A stretch of 62,186 bases of DNA, the filler included, from Platydemus manokwari (lineage: Eukaryota): the NCBI GenBank assembly GCA_037951405.1. It is 6 parts of 6 records of this genome, joined end to end, with 100 filler letters (N's around TTAATTAATTAA, not from the genome) between each part and the next. Parts side by side here need not be neighbours in the genome. Positions count along the whole stretch, not along the records: positions 10,621 to 20,771 come from JBBMOY011163102.1; positions 20,872 to 30,614 come from JBBMOY011210987.1; 4 more parts are not named here. One strand, given 5' to 3'. The notes beneath the pieces were generated by a model. That model did no database searches and had not been told where the DNA came from. It saw only the letters and a program-made list of their open reading frames with translations. Shown here in pieces: positions 14,296-27,249 of this stretch. A program made the position numbers and the translations under genes. Each line of letters starts with the position of its first letter. Position 1 is the first letter of the stretch.

Positions 14296-15323
14296 AATAT
14301 TTTAAATTGATAATACAAATATTATTTTGAATCTAATTTGTATTGTATTAATTTATGGCAACCTCAGGTTTTTTGAAATTTTTACACTGAAAATATCCTT
14401 TATTCCCAAACCCAACACATTTATATAGGTAATTATCTTCAAAAATAAGTTATCAAAAAAATCAAATGATGTCATGTTTATTTTCATTTGTCCAAGATTT
14501 AATTCCAGTTTGGATTGAGAGATTATGATTTGAATTGAGATTTGTTGTTCGGGGGCAATTGCTGGTAGCTTGAGGATTGAACAGATGGGGTTTCATTCAT
14601 AAATTTCTAATAATAGTCTTGGGATTATCATTAAGGCACGCGATTCCAAAACCGAAAAATGGCATAAAATAACATATCTTGGACAACGAGTTGGTCTGCT
14701 CCTAGGATGATGGGAATCTTGAATAATTCAGTGGAAGTAAACTGATTTGTAACTTAGAAGAACCAAATTATGATAGTTAGCGTCGTTGTGGATAAGGTAT
14801 CAGACTTGATCTGAATCGTCACAATTAAAACTTGTCTGTATAATAAATATTATCATTTTTAATTGAAATCTGCATATAAGATTGTGTGACTAAAATCATA
14901 ATTTGTATTTTAATATTCAAGCTATTTAGTCACATTCTAAGCAAAGTAATTAAGGGATTAAGATTTGATAGGTATGACTTTTGTTGTAAATTTAAAACTA
15001 TTATATCTTACTCAAAATCATACATTATTTCCGAAGGATTATTTTATTGTATTCTGACTTTTACTCATGTAAAAATTTGGAATAAGATATCACTTTAGTT
15101 GATATATATGGAACATCAATTTTAAAATAAAAATAATTATGTCATCAATTTATTTTAATTAAAATTTATTTTAACAAAAAGTAATTTTATAAAAATTTTA
15201 TAAATTACAATTAAAATAAATTTTATAATTCGTGATTTAATTAAAATTGTTTAAAAATTCATTTATAAGGTTCAATTTTCAACTAATTCAAATTGTATAA
15301 TGAATTCATATCAGTTAGCGTTA

Positions 15324-16753
15324 ATGGAAAATCTTAAAAAACGTAATTAATTTCGATTTGATTTTTTTAACAAGTGAAAATTTCCTTTCATTTAGAAAAT
15401 GAACTCGCCGAAAAAAAATTATCAAAACATAATCTTCCAAATAATGCCGAAATTGTGCATGTTCGTGATTGGTTTCCAGTGTTTCATAACGGTTATTACG
15501 CAATCATTGGATTCAGATTGGACAACAATAAATATATTATGAGCGAACCCATCATCTATGTCTATGATTCTGGACGAGTTATTAGGTGTCCTCGAAAATA
15601 TTATGTTTTGGAAGGCGATATTTCGATAAAAACGTTCGACATGTTTGATTTGAATAGCCAGAAAGATTTACTCGATTTGCTGGAAGGCTTTGCCAAGAAA
15701 ACATTTGAAAATGGGTTGTTTTCGGATTGGATTGAGTGCATTTATCGATTGAATGGCATGATTATTGCAATACGTGAAGTGTAAGCGTTGTAATGGAGCT
15801 AATGTTTGTCAACTTTTAATGAGTTCAGATTTTTTCTGAAACACGAGAACCGATTCAATGAATCATTGAATGAGATTGTCAATCCCTCAGCTAATTATTA
15901 TTGCACGCTGGTGACTGACAAAATGGAAAACATCAAAATTAGTTTGAAGGAAGTATTTAATTCGATTTGTGTAAATTAATTTTTATCTGTTATTGATTTT
16001 GTGATTTGAATTCTTTTCAGACACAGAAACCGTGGAAGGCCGTATTGATAAAAGCATTAAAATCAAATGGCTATCAAAACCTAATTCCGGTATTTATGTT
16101 TTATTTAATTTTTGTAATTTTTTTAAAATTTTTTAGAATAGTTTTTTTTTATTTTTTAAAATATTTTTATAATTTTTAAAAATGTTTACTTAAATTTTTA
16201 AAATGTTTTCTTAATATTTTAAAATATATTTTAAATTTTTTAAAATATTTATTTAATTATATGAATTATTATCAATGTATTGATTTATTTGTTTTAGGTT
16301 GTCAAATCATTCGAGGTTTATCGATTTAAGTGAGGGAATTCATTTTGAGAAGATATTGATTAATCTATTGAATTTTTTAGAAAGAAACCGATAAGAGAGG
16401 TAAAAGATTTCACCATTGTCTATTTGTGGAGTGCGGAAAAGGATAAAACATCCGGTGATTATATTCTCCATGGTTACATTTACAATGAACAGAAAGATTT
16501 TGTTAAATTTTCTTCACCGATTCGTCAAGTTTTCGATGAAGCCACATCACTTGAAACGAAATCTGGATTTGTTAAAATATTTGGACCAATGATGATGATG
16601 AAATATGAACAATTCTACAACATTGAAGTCGTTCAATATGTTGCCATTGATTTTATTCATTCGTTTCTCAAAGGATTTCCGAAATATTGGAGTCAGTTTT
16701 TAACAATTATTGATCTGGTTCTATCAATGGATATCGTGGCGAAAAGTTCTTAA
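15324..16753 (+). CDS. 339-aa protein with two tandem SANTA-like domains (KNL2/M18BP1-like)
   Basis: Exons 15324-15342, 15396-15780, 15829-15970, 16021-16089, 16298-16329, 16381-16753; all GT-AG, phases consistent, 1020 nt. Domain 1: VHVRDWF...IIGFRLD...SEPII...YYVLEGDI...FENGLFSDW. Domain 2: VYLWS...LHGY...FSSPIRQVFDEATSLETKSG...IFGPM...FLKGFPKYW. Both follow the SANTA pattern (xW...G...SxxI...LxTxxG..Y.LxG...FxxGFPxxW). An alternative exon-3 donor at 15953 is also in phase. Confidence 0.8.
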
Positions 16754-18724
16754 ATGTATGTGTGTCGGTTTTGTTATATATGAGTGATTGTGTTTTTATG
16801 GGTAATGGATTGGTTTTTGTTGAAGGGCTTAACCTTTAACAACAAATATTTACGCATCTTTAGAATTTGTAAATTTCAATTTGATTTGTTTAATACAACT
16901 TATTTTTCAATTGAGTTTGTGTTATTTATTTATTATTAAAGATGTTTTTTCAAGAATTTCAGTCATTAATTATTTATATTTAAACTTATTATTTTTCCAC
17001 ACACTTACTTATCTGAGAGAAGAAGATTCTGTCGTGAAAAAAATCGTAACATTCAGCATTGCCATCATTTTGTTATTAGTTTCTAATTCTCTCTTATTGT
17101 GATCATATGACAAAAAATCTCGATTTTCTTTAACTTATTTTATAAAAACCTTCCTGAAATTTTGGAATGATAATAAACACAAAAGAAATTAATTTAATGA
17201 TTTAATTAAAACAAATACACAAAAATAAAGAAAAATTAATTTATGAAATTCAATAATGAAATTAGAACAATTATGAAAAATAATTAAATAAATTATCGAT
17301 TCGAATGATTCTATAAAAGAATTTTTTTATACCAACCAGAAATTAATTCTCAGTTATGAACGATATTTTTCATAACCAAAAATTGATATTTAATGAATGA
17401 GATAAAAAAGCCGACACCAGACTTGGAATATTAGAAGTGGAAATAATTTTTCAACTTATAATTGCATATTAACGTTTTGAAATCTATATAATTCTAAAGT
17501 ATAACTATATCTAAAGGAAATCTTTATCAACAAACCGGGGTTTAGTTATCAGAGCTTTTCTTCGTTGGTTAAATTTTTAACTGATCCTAATCTGATCAAC
17601 TTGTAGTAATTTGTCTTTTTGAGATTTTTTGAATAAAATGATAATTTTTAGCATTTGATTAGTAGGAAATGTCAGTTCCTCAAGCTACCAAATACATATA
17701 CGCAGACAAAGTGAATGACTGGTAAGTTAAAATCATTTCAAAATTCTAAATTTAATTCTCTTTATAAAAAATTTATAAAATTAAATAAAATTCGTAAAAA
17801 TAGAAAAACTATTTAAAAATATAAAAAAATGGTCAAGTACAAACCATTTAAACTTTTAAACCCCCTGAAAAATCTAAAAAACATGACACGTTTTAAGTCT
17901 CGTTTGTTGTTTATATTATAATTGGTTATTTTGATGATCATTGTCAACGTCTTACCCAATCAATAGAGTTCGTTTGACACCAGGTAATAATTAGTTCTTG
18001 AATTAATGTTCTTTATTTGCCTCGACGTACTCAAAACTATATGTGGATAAGTGGAACGGTGTAGGTAATGGCTTTATTAAACGCATTTTATCACTGCCTT
18101 CAAAAGTGTTTTAATTCTATTATCTAAAACTCTATCAGTCTCTATTCCTATTTATTTTCCAAATACTCCTAAAAGGTTTTGAATGACAGTGAGATATTTA
18201 TTAATGAATTTAAGGATCCTAATGACCTACTGCGAAATGATCAACAAGACCAGTTTCTATGATAAAAGTTTTATGACATTTATCAAAGTAATACAAAACC
18301 AATACTTACATGCAACTAATAATTTTACACTACACTATACAAGTAAACGATTGAATTTATGTCTAACAATTCTAGGTAGCAGATCGTCGTTTCAAGGTAT
18401 TTAGCTCAGTTCGATAAATCTTGAGAATATAAAGTATATATATCTATATTTAATTTTACACGAACCTCTTTCACTTATTTGTTCACAGATTGGCAATGTA
18501 GAAGTATTACTATTCTATTTCTTTGGCATTGCAGTGCGCATAAAATTTTAAAAATTAAAAATAAAAAAATTGACTTGACTTTGGCAAATTGATCTTGATT
18601 AAATAGTCTTTTCGGATATTGTAACGGTTAAGGTAAAAACACTAGTTGTGAGCAGCCTTGTATAATGATTGGTAAGTCAAGGAAAATAATGAAAATAATA
18701 ATGAAAATAAAAGTGAAATATTAA

Positions 18725-19165
18725 ATATAGACACCGATTCATACATTATAAATGCTAAAACAGAAGATATTTATGAAGATTTAAATAATGATGAAGAATT
18801 AAAGAATGAATTTAATTATATAACACAAGTAATGATAAAAAGGTACTTGGAAAATTTAAAGATGAATTAAATGGTAAAATTTTAGCACAATGAATAGCAA
18901 TTAGATCTAAATGTTATTCAAATAAAATTTTGAATAATCAATCTAAGACAGTTAAAAAAGCATTGAAAAAGAACTAATTAAAATGATAATGAATATGGTT
19001 CTATTTAAAAATTGTTTATTTAATGATAAAGTAAATCGTCAAAATGTTATAAAAATAAATTCTAATAAACATGATAGTTAGTTATCAAAAATTAATAAAT
19101 TAGCGTTACATAATCTTGATCAGAGATATATTTGTGATGATGGAATAAAAATTCTTCCATTTGAT
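18725..19165 (+). mobile_element. Polinton/Maverick (adintovirus-like) protein-primed family B DNA polymerase, degraded C-terminal fragment
   Basis: YIDTDSYIINAKTEDIYEDL, KKVLGKFKDELNGKIL, IAIRSKCYS, FKNCLF, KINKLALHNLDQRYICDDGIKILPF match pPolB motifs YxDTDS, GKFKDE, LRSKxY and KxALxxxDDKRYI..DG..TL. Contains stops and frameshifts. Confidence 0.88.
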
Positions 19166-19316
19166 AGACTGAGTTGATGCTAACAATATGAATATTCTTA
19201 ATTCATTTTAATTAATTTATTTTTTATTAACAGATAAAATATTTAACTCTTCACGATATTTTTTACCTCTCGCTTATGTTCTTTCTTTGGTTCTTTTTGT
19301 ATTTTATTTTCTAATT

Positions 19317-19879
19317 TTAAATTATTTTCCTTAATCTTCTACGTAAATCTTTAATAATATCTTTAGTTTTAATAATCTCTTCATCAGTCAATATATTATC
19401 CTCCGAAGCTTTTACTTGGGATAAATATAATTTATCAATACCATGTTTAATCGCTTCACAAACTTCCCTATAAATCTTTTTCTTTTTACTACTAAAACCG
19501 ATATGAAATGATTCTCCGAAAACAGATTGTATTATTGTAAATAAACTAACTCCTACACTACTATATAAATTAATTATAAGTAAAATTCCAATAACCGAAA
19601 GAGTTGATAAAATAGTTGTTAATATACCTAAAATTCCATCAGATGTTATAAAAAGTACTTTAGACCACTATCAAATTTAGTCTATTTACTTTTTAATTTA
19701 TTATAATGACTCAATAAGTCTTCTAAAAATCTTTTTTTATTCAAAAAATTTTCAATTCTAAGCTTGTTAATGTTTACCTTTAATGTATCATTTTCATAAC
19801 CTAGATAAGATGGGCCAATATTTTGAGAATCTGGATTATTAAAATTATCAAGAGTGGGATAAAGTTTTTGATCTTCCAT
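19317..19879 (-). pseudogene. Disrupted Polinton-associated membrane protein ORF, convergent with pPolB
   Basis: MEDQKLYPTL...HYNKLKSK*TKFDSGLKY, then a frameshift into two hydrophobic stretches (GILGILTTILSTLSVIGILLIINLYSSVGVSLFTIIQSVFG), SKKKKIY, and IDKLYLSQVKASEDNILTDEEI. Intronless, and adjacent to pPolB. Confidence 0.6.
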
Positions 19880-20771
19880 TTAATTTAATGGAATTAACAT
19901 AAAATTTAATAATACAAATTGGGATAATTTTCTGAAAATAAATTTATGATTTCATTTTTTTCTTCAACAGTTTGATTAATCATTATAATTTCCAATAGAT
20001 AACACTTTGATGGTCTATCAGAAAAAATAAAATAATTTTATATAGTTTATCTAATTCTTTAACTAATATATCATTTAAGAAAATAGAAAACTTGTCATTT
20101 TTTTATATTTTTTGAAGTAATAAAATAATAAACTGGGTTTAATAGTCATTACTTCCCATTTCTTTCTCAAATAAAGAAAAGAGAATTTATCAACACATAC
20201 AAACTCTTTTCCACGATTATTATCCAAGAGTACAGCTCCATCTCTTGTTCAAATACAACTTCTTTTTCCACCAACATATTGGACAAGAAATAAAAACTTA
20301 AATCTCTCATATGTTAACTCCCTCACGGGTTTTAGGGAATTTAGTCTCATAACTATGATCGCCATGAACCCCAATATTATTTTTTGTGTCATTTTAATAT
20401 TTCAAAAAACTATACCACTTATATGTATAGATTTTTATTACATAACTTAATATATTTTTCAAAATTTTCAGGTACTTCCCCAATAAAAAATATATCTTTA
20501 TTTCCAAAGCATTTAATATTTTACCAATCCTTATTTATACACAAATATGTTCGTTTACTCATCTTTTTCAATGATAAAAATATCATTTGGTTTTCCTAGA
20601 TAACCAATATCTTTTGTCAGATTTTTAATATCATTACTATTTTTAAGGAGATTATTTCATTTTTCTTCCAATTATCCCTATATTGAGCACCCAATTTCTT
20701 CATTATCTCTATAAATTCTGCTTCTGTTTTTCCTTCTATGAATTTTAAACTTTTAAATTTTTCCGAGATTA

Positions 20772-20871
20772 NNNNNNNNNNNNNNNNNNNNNNNNNNNNN
20801 NNNNNNNNNNNNNNNTTAATTAATTAANNNNNNNNNNNNNNNNNNNNNNNNNNNNNNNNNNNNNNNNNNNN
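20772..20871. other. Artificial spacer N44-TTAATTAATTAA-N44
   Basis: Same 100-nt spacer. Confidence 0.97.
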
Positions 20872-21041
20872 CTCTTTCGAATAACAACTAGTTTTAAAAT
20901 TACTCAATTATCCAAAACACAAAAAATATCTAAAATAATTAAAATTGAAGTTATAACATCTGCAATATTTATTTTAAAACCTTATTAATCAAAAATTTAA
21001 GTTTTTAAATGAAATTTTCAATAAATATTTAATGAGATTAC

Positions 21042-24000
21042 CTGTTGATTGAAAGTGATGGAATCAAAAATATTTTGATTAACCGGTGTCGATGAAAGTA
21101 AAAATTGATCTGCTTGTGAAATCGGTTTTATGTGAGGAGATGACTTATGATCTGAACACCCTGAAGAAGTGCTAGATATTTGAGATATATTTGACAAAGG
21201 AGATCTTTGATTTTGTTGTAAACGTCGTTTTGGTTGTAATACTTGCTTTTGGAATGGTGTTGATAAACTATGATTATTGCTTTTTGACTTTATAGGACTG
21301 GCCGATGTTGGTGTTACTGAATTAAACATTCGTTTAATGTCTGTTTGACCATCATCTTGACTATAAACAGGTAAATTAGATGCATTATTGAACGTCTGAA
21401 TACGATTTAAAGTTGGAACGTCGTTTTTAGAAGAGCAAATCAATTCATCGATAACTTTGTCAATTGAAAACATCCCACTCGAAGTTGTTGGACTTACAGA
21501 TGTGTTGAATTGTTTACTATTGCTAGCAGAAAAAATATTCTGAGTAGGACGAGAAACTTTTGCATTATTTTTGGATGATGTTGGTGAAGTAAAAATCTAA
21601 AAATACATTTCAATTCTTAAGAATTTAAATTTTTAAAATAGTTTTCCGAGAGAAACTTTTAGACACATTTTAATAGCCTTCCTTAATTTACTTACCGTAT
21701 TTTCCGGCTATAAGACGCACATTAAAACAGATTCTTAGAATTTATTAAAGCTGGAATATTTTTATAAAGTGGTGATGATGTTAATATAAGCTAATGTGAC
21801 ATTTTAGATGATGAGGAGTATTAAATCTTGCTATACATTTTTTAATTTAATTTAATATAATAATCAGTCAACTCATAGTTAGGGTGCTCATTATAGTCCG
21901 GAAAATACAGTACTCTATTTATTGCTCAATACCAAAGACAAAGTTCTTTCTCATATTTCAATAATAACCGTAATTAAATTAAATATTAATAGATTTAAAA
22001 TAAATTAATGGCTCTGATCTTTCGAAACTTTTCGACATTGATTATAATACTAACATATTGTTCACACACACACACACTCAATAGACATATACCCCCTATG
22101 AACGTGCTTATTCGACTTATACAAACTTACATCAACATATTTAGATTTCAATAACGTTTCGTTTTTATTATTTATAAAATTGATTTATAATTTTAAAATG
22201 ATTAACAGTTAAAGGACTTTTATATTTACAATTAAATTAATTTTAAAAATACTGTTTCATTATTTCATGTAATTCTTTTCAAAATAAATTTCACTCGAGT
22301 ATTTCTTGGAAAAATAATTGATAAAATTAAAAAAAGTTATTGTGCTTTAAAATTATATTGATTTGTGAATAATGTTAAAATTATATTATAAATATATCTT
22401 ATTTAAAAAAATTCACATTATGGGCACATTTTTGTAATGCAACTATTTAGAGCAAGCATGATATTAAAACAATTTATAAAAACACTTACTGTGCAATCAT
22501 TACAGGAATTGGAATCATTATTAGTTTCATTATCATTAAATTGTTCAGTAAAAATAATTTCCTTCTGGTAGCCCTTATTTTTTGATGCTGATTCTCTATC
22601 ACAATCAACTCCTTCTCCAGGACATCTATAAACTCCACAATTTGTATCTAGCGTAATTGTTTTTTCAGGTGAAAGTGGAGTTGTAAGTCGTTGCTGATAA
22701 GAATACGGACAGTTTCGACAGACATCATTATGCATACTGTAATTATCAGAATGTTTAGCTTTCTTTATCTTACGATGAAACTGTGAACTGTTAGTCTGTT
22801 GTAGTAGCTGAGGGAGCTCCGAACTAGTTGATTCAGATTGAAGGAGTGTTAATTTTGAGAGTGATTCATAATTGGGATCATTTGAATAGAGATTATTATT
22901 GAAATTTGGGCATATATATTTTACCCATTCATCAAGATTTGGTGTATTAGGATCGAGAATATTTTGAAGTATTTTTTGATTTTCGATACCCATAAAAGTC
23001 ATCGAAAGGTTCGAGTCGTCATTTAAGGGCAATAATGAGTTGTTTGATTCAATGAATACTTGATTAGTACTGCAATTGGAAAATGTTGGCATTGGAGGAG
23101 GATTAGATGGAGGATCTGGAATTTCATTAGATAAAAATAAAGGTCTTATATATTTTGTATGATCACTTGTTATATCACTAGATAAAACATCATTAATCAT
23201 CTGCAGATTAAAACATGATTTAGATTGGATTTCAGTGTTATTGATTGAAGAATGAGTGAAAGAACATGGGTGAAACTGTGATATATTTTGTACTGATTGT
23301 ATATGGGAAGATACATGATGATCACTGAATCTAACATTTTCTGATGGATGACTACATACTGAATTAGATAACGATTGATTAGCTTGTATACCCATAGACC
23401 CATTCACAAATTTACTAATATCACAATTATCTTGACTAGTAATTATATCTGAAGTTTCGAGTTCCCCCATTGGAAGGTAGTGGGAATTAAAATGCTGAAC
23501 TTCATTCAATTCGATGTCAATATTCCCCAATGCAGAGTTACTAGTGCAAAGATGTTGATTAGATTGCGAATTTGATGCTGTCAATTTCTTATTGCGTTTA
23601 TTATCTTTCAACAATGTCTCGATAACATCTGAATGACCAGCTCGTGATGCTTCAATAAGTACGGTACAGTTATCTTTCAGTTTAATAGTTGGATCAGCGC
23701 CAACTTTCAATAAATATTCAACAACCTGGAATATAAAATTTATTTTAAAAATGCTCTGAATAAACATGAAATGTATAATGCTCTTCTAATGTCAAAAATT
23801 ATCAATTAAGTAAATAAATTAGTGTGTATCAAATGTAAAAATCCATATTGTGCAGATGTCAAAAAATATCCAAACCGTTTAAAATTATATTTGAGTAACC
23901 ATTTCTTAAAAGCTTCTATCGATTTTCATTTGATTACAAAGACACAAATTATGCTTACTTGAGAATTCAAGAAAAACTTTCGAAATTTTAATTATTGAAG

Positions 24001-27000
24001 TAGAGTTTTAATAAAGTTATAAAAAGAAAACAATTGGAATGAAAAAGTTGTGAAAATCGAAAAATAAGTCTATTCAATAAAATATACTATGCTTGTTCAA
24101 TAGTACAACTTTCAGTGCTCATATTATTTATTTAAAGATATATATTGCAAGTGGTAGAAAATATATACTAGGTCCAATGGGTATCTAGATTTTTCAGATC
24201 TATATTCAATATTATTTTAAAAATTGAAATATTTAGAAACAAGGAGAGGTAAATATCAGATAGATAAACCATATTGACTTATTAAAATGACCATGGTACA
24301 CGATCATTTAGAAACTTCATGAGATAAATAAATATCTATATTGATAATGAGCAATATACAATTATTCAGTTCAGGGTAATGCTTACATTAATTTTATTTC
24401 ATACTTATCATATTTTGACATTTCTTTGTCAATAAATTAATTATAACGGACACAATTAGCTTGAAAACTAACATAAAACAAATCCAAATTTAATAACAAC
24501 ATTATAGTAACAATATAATTATTTCAATATAACATTGATAAAAAATGAGCTGAAATGATACTGTCATAAAGTTATGAGAGAATATATCGTTTTAGATAAC
24601 AATAATATATATACAATTTATTATCATTCATCCAAAAATAAAACTTTTCCATGTATACATGTTATAATCAATTTTTTGATAATTATTATTAATTGTAAAG
24701 CTGAAGAAATACCTTGCAATGCCCATTAGCACAAGCTAAACTAAGAGCATTGTGATCACCCTGGATTGTTAACTGATCAACACATGCCCCTCTTTCAATA
24801 AGCAAGATTACAACCCCTAGATTTCCAGCGCGACTTGCTTTCATTAGCGCAGTCCGGCCGCCTTCTGATGTATGATGAATATTGGCATTACAATCCAATA
24901 AATAAAGACACACCTAATAAATATTTAAATTTGTATTTAGCATGTATATTTAGTAAATTACTTCAACATGACCATTTTCCGCCGCAAAATGCAAACTAGT
25001 TTCATCACTAGCATTTTTGGCTTCAATATTTGCTCCCAAACAAATGAGAGATTTTACAATATCTAAATGACCTTCTTGTGCAGATTCCATTAATGGTGTT
25101 GATGCACCTTTCTCTATATCTCCTCCACATCTGTGCAATAACATAACAATATCATAAAAACCACCACATGCCGCCAATGTCATTGCTGTTTCTTGCGTCT
25201 CTTCAGTGACTCTATTAATTTTAGCTCCTTTATTAAGGTTAATACCGCTTATTTAAATTTTGAAGTATACCTAAAGCCAATAACATGACTACTGTTTCAA
25301 GATGTCCTTCCCTCGACGCTTCCATTAATGGTGTATAGCTTTCATCATTGACTTCCTCAATATCAGCTCCGTAACTTATAAGATATCCTGCCAGATCGGT
25401 ATGTCCACTACAAGCAGCCAATGTTAATGGCGACTCAAAACTATCCGCACGCATATTAACTTGTGCACCGTAATTAAGCAACACTCTGGCCGCTTCTATA
25501 TGACCCTCCATAGAAGCCTCCATCAAAGCTGTGTGCATTTCATCTGTTCTATGTTCATGATCTGCTCCAGCTTCCAAAAGAAATTGTACAATATCACTGT
25601 AACCCTAATAAATTTGAAAAAATTTCATTGATCTCAATTGCTATGGATAAAATAAACATTCAAAAACCCAACAAAAAACTAAATCGGCATATATAAAATA
25701 TTTTGTAAAATAATAGCCCTATAATTAACCGAAAGTTAAACAGAATCAAACTCTCATTGTTGCTATTATTCAATAAAATAAAGGTTCAAATAAATAAATA
25801 AATCTCTAATTCGAAATAATCAACAACCAAAATAATACATTTTGAAAAGATAAAATATTAAACAGTTTCCGGAAAAGTTGATTTAAAAAAAATATTTAAT
25901 TACAATCATTTAATTATTTTTTAAAAAAATCAATAATTAAAATTATTAAAAACACGAGTTTACAATGATTGAATGAAAGAAAAATTGAATCCAAAAACAG
26001 CAACAAAAACGAAAAATTCATTTTCAAAACAAATATCGAAATACATAAAATATATTGAAATGGAATTTATATCCTACAAAATATTTTCCAATGCAAATCA
26101 AATAAAAATATATAATAATTCAAATATTATATCGATCAATCGATAAAAATCTACCTGAAATCTGAATAGCAAAAAATCAATTTATTATTCGATATAAATA
26201 TGTATATTTATAAAATTTAATTATCTAAATCTAAAAATATCTGAACTTTGAATCATTTTTATCACATTCAATATTTCTTTAACACAACATAAAAACATTT
26301 CATTAAATCATTTTATCAACTCAATTTTATCTTTAATTAACAAAAAAAAATAAAAACAATTTGAAAGATTAGAAATACATTTTATTTGATGTTTAATAAG
26401 TAATAAAGCTACAAATTAATAGTGTAACCAAAACTAACTTTATAACTTGCTAATGTCAATGCAGTTTCTTTAAATTCTGCGGAAGGAGTGTTGATTTGAG
26501 CTCCATTTTTAACGAAGAATTTCGTGGTTTCTAAAAATCCACTAGTCGATGCTTCCATTAAGGCTGTATGACCATTTTCATTCTGTTCTTCAAGTAATGC
26601 TTGTCGATTTGTAGAGTAATCTAATATTAATCTACAACATTTAGAATGACCACTACATGCGGCGTAATGCAAAGCTGTATTGTTAGTCGAGGATTTTAAA
26701 TCAGAATTTGCTCCATATTCCAAAAGTATTTGGACTATATCATCATAACCGACAGTAGCTGCTTCCATTAAAGGAGTGGACTCGACTTTATCAGGTCTTA
26801 GATTAGGATCAGCCTAAAATTTTAATTTGATAAGCACAAACATCATGTATCGAAAATTTACCCCTGATTTTAATAATAATTCTACAATTTTGTAATTATT
26901 TGCATTGATTGCACATATTAATGGTGTTTCACCGTCTGGTCCTATTTCGTTTACATCACATCTGTTTTTAATGTGCTCTTTAACCCCTTCATAGTTACCT

Positions 27001-27249
27001 TCTGAGCAATCTCGAAATAGACGAGGAACCAGGTAGCTAAAAAAATTTAAATAACTAATTTACAATATCACGAGTTTACCAATTACTGATCGGATCATTT
27101 ATAGCATTAGTCATTTCTTGAAGTTTTTGTAAAATTTTTGGATCACCTAAAGGTTTGTCAGTTGTGATTTCAGTAGACAGAGCTACTTCTAATAATTTTT
27201 TAAAATTTGACTGTGCAGAATAGAGATCGTTTTTACTGAAGGTATCTGC
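21042..27249 (-). CDS. ANKHD1: MASK/ANKHD1/ANKRD17-family ankyrin repeat protein, partial
   Basis: Exons 27249-27080, 27036-26862, 26813-26439, 25604-25271, 25227-24962, 24913-24713, 23725-22490, 21596-21042 (1104 codons, phases consistent). Family-diagnostic peptides: EFKETALTLASYKG, AGADHEHRTDEMHTALMEASMEGH, DSFESPLTLAAC, TEETQETAMTLAACGGF, SEGGRTALMKASRAG, GADPTIKLKD. Start exon unresolved; the last exon ends at a donor (CAG/gtaat) near the spacer. Confidence 0.92.
21695..21910. mobile_element. Tc1/mariner-superfamily (pogo/Tc2-like) MITE in an ANKHD1 intron
   Basis: TIRs CCGTATTTTCCGGCTATAAGACGCAC and GTGCTCATTATAGTCCGGAAAATACAG; TA on both flanks (21693-94, 21911-12); 216 bp, non-coding. 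Confidence 0.85.

Noticed and set aside
17669-17721. Possible first coding exon MSVPQATKYIYADKVND with GTAAGT donor
   Set aside because: Every downstream acceptor I tried produced an immediate stop; no homology recognised.
21018-23767. MASK homolog lacking the second ankyrin block and KH domain as a novel truncated architecture
   Set aside because: The last visible exon ends at a splice donor 170 nt from the spacer, so the missing domains may simply be unassembled.
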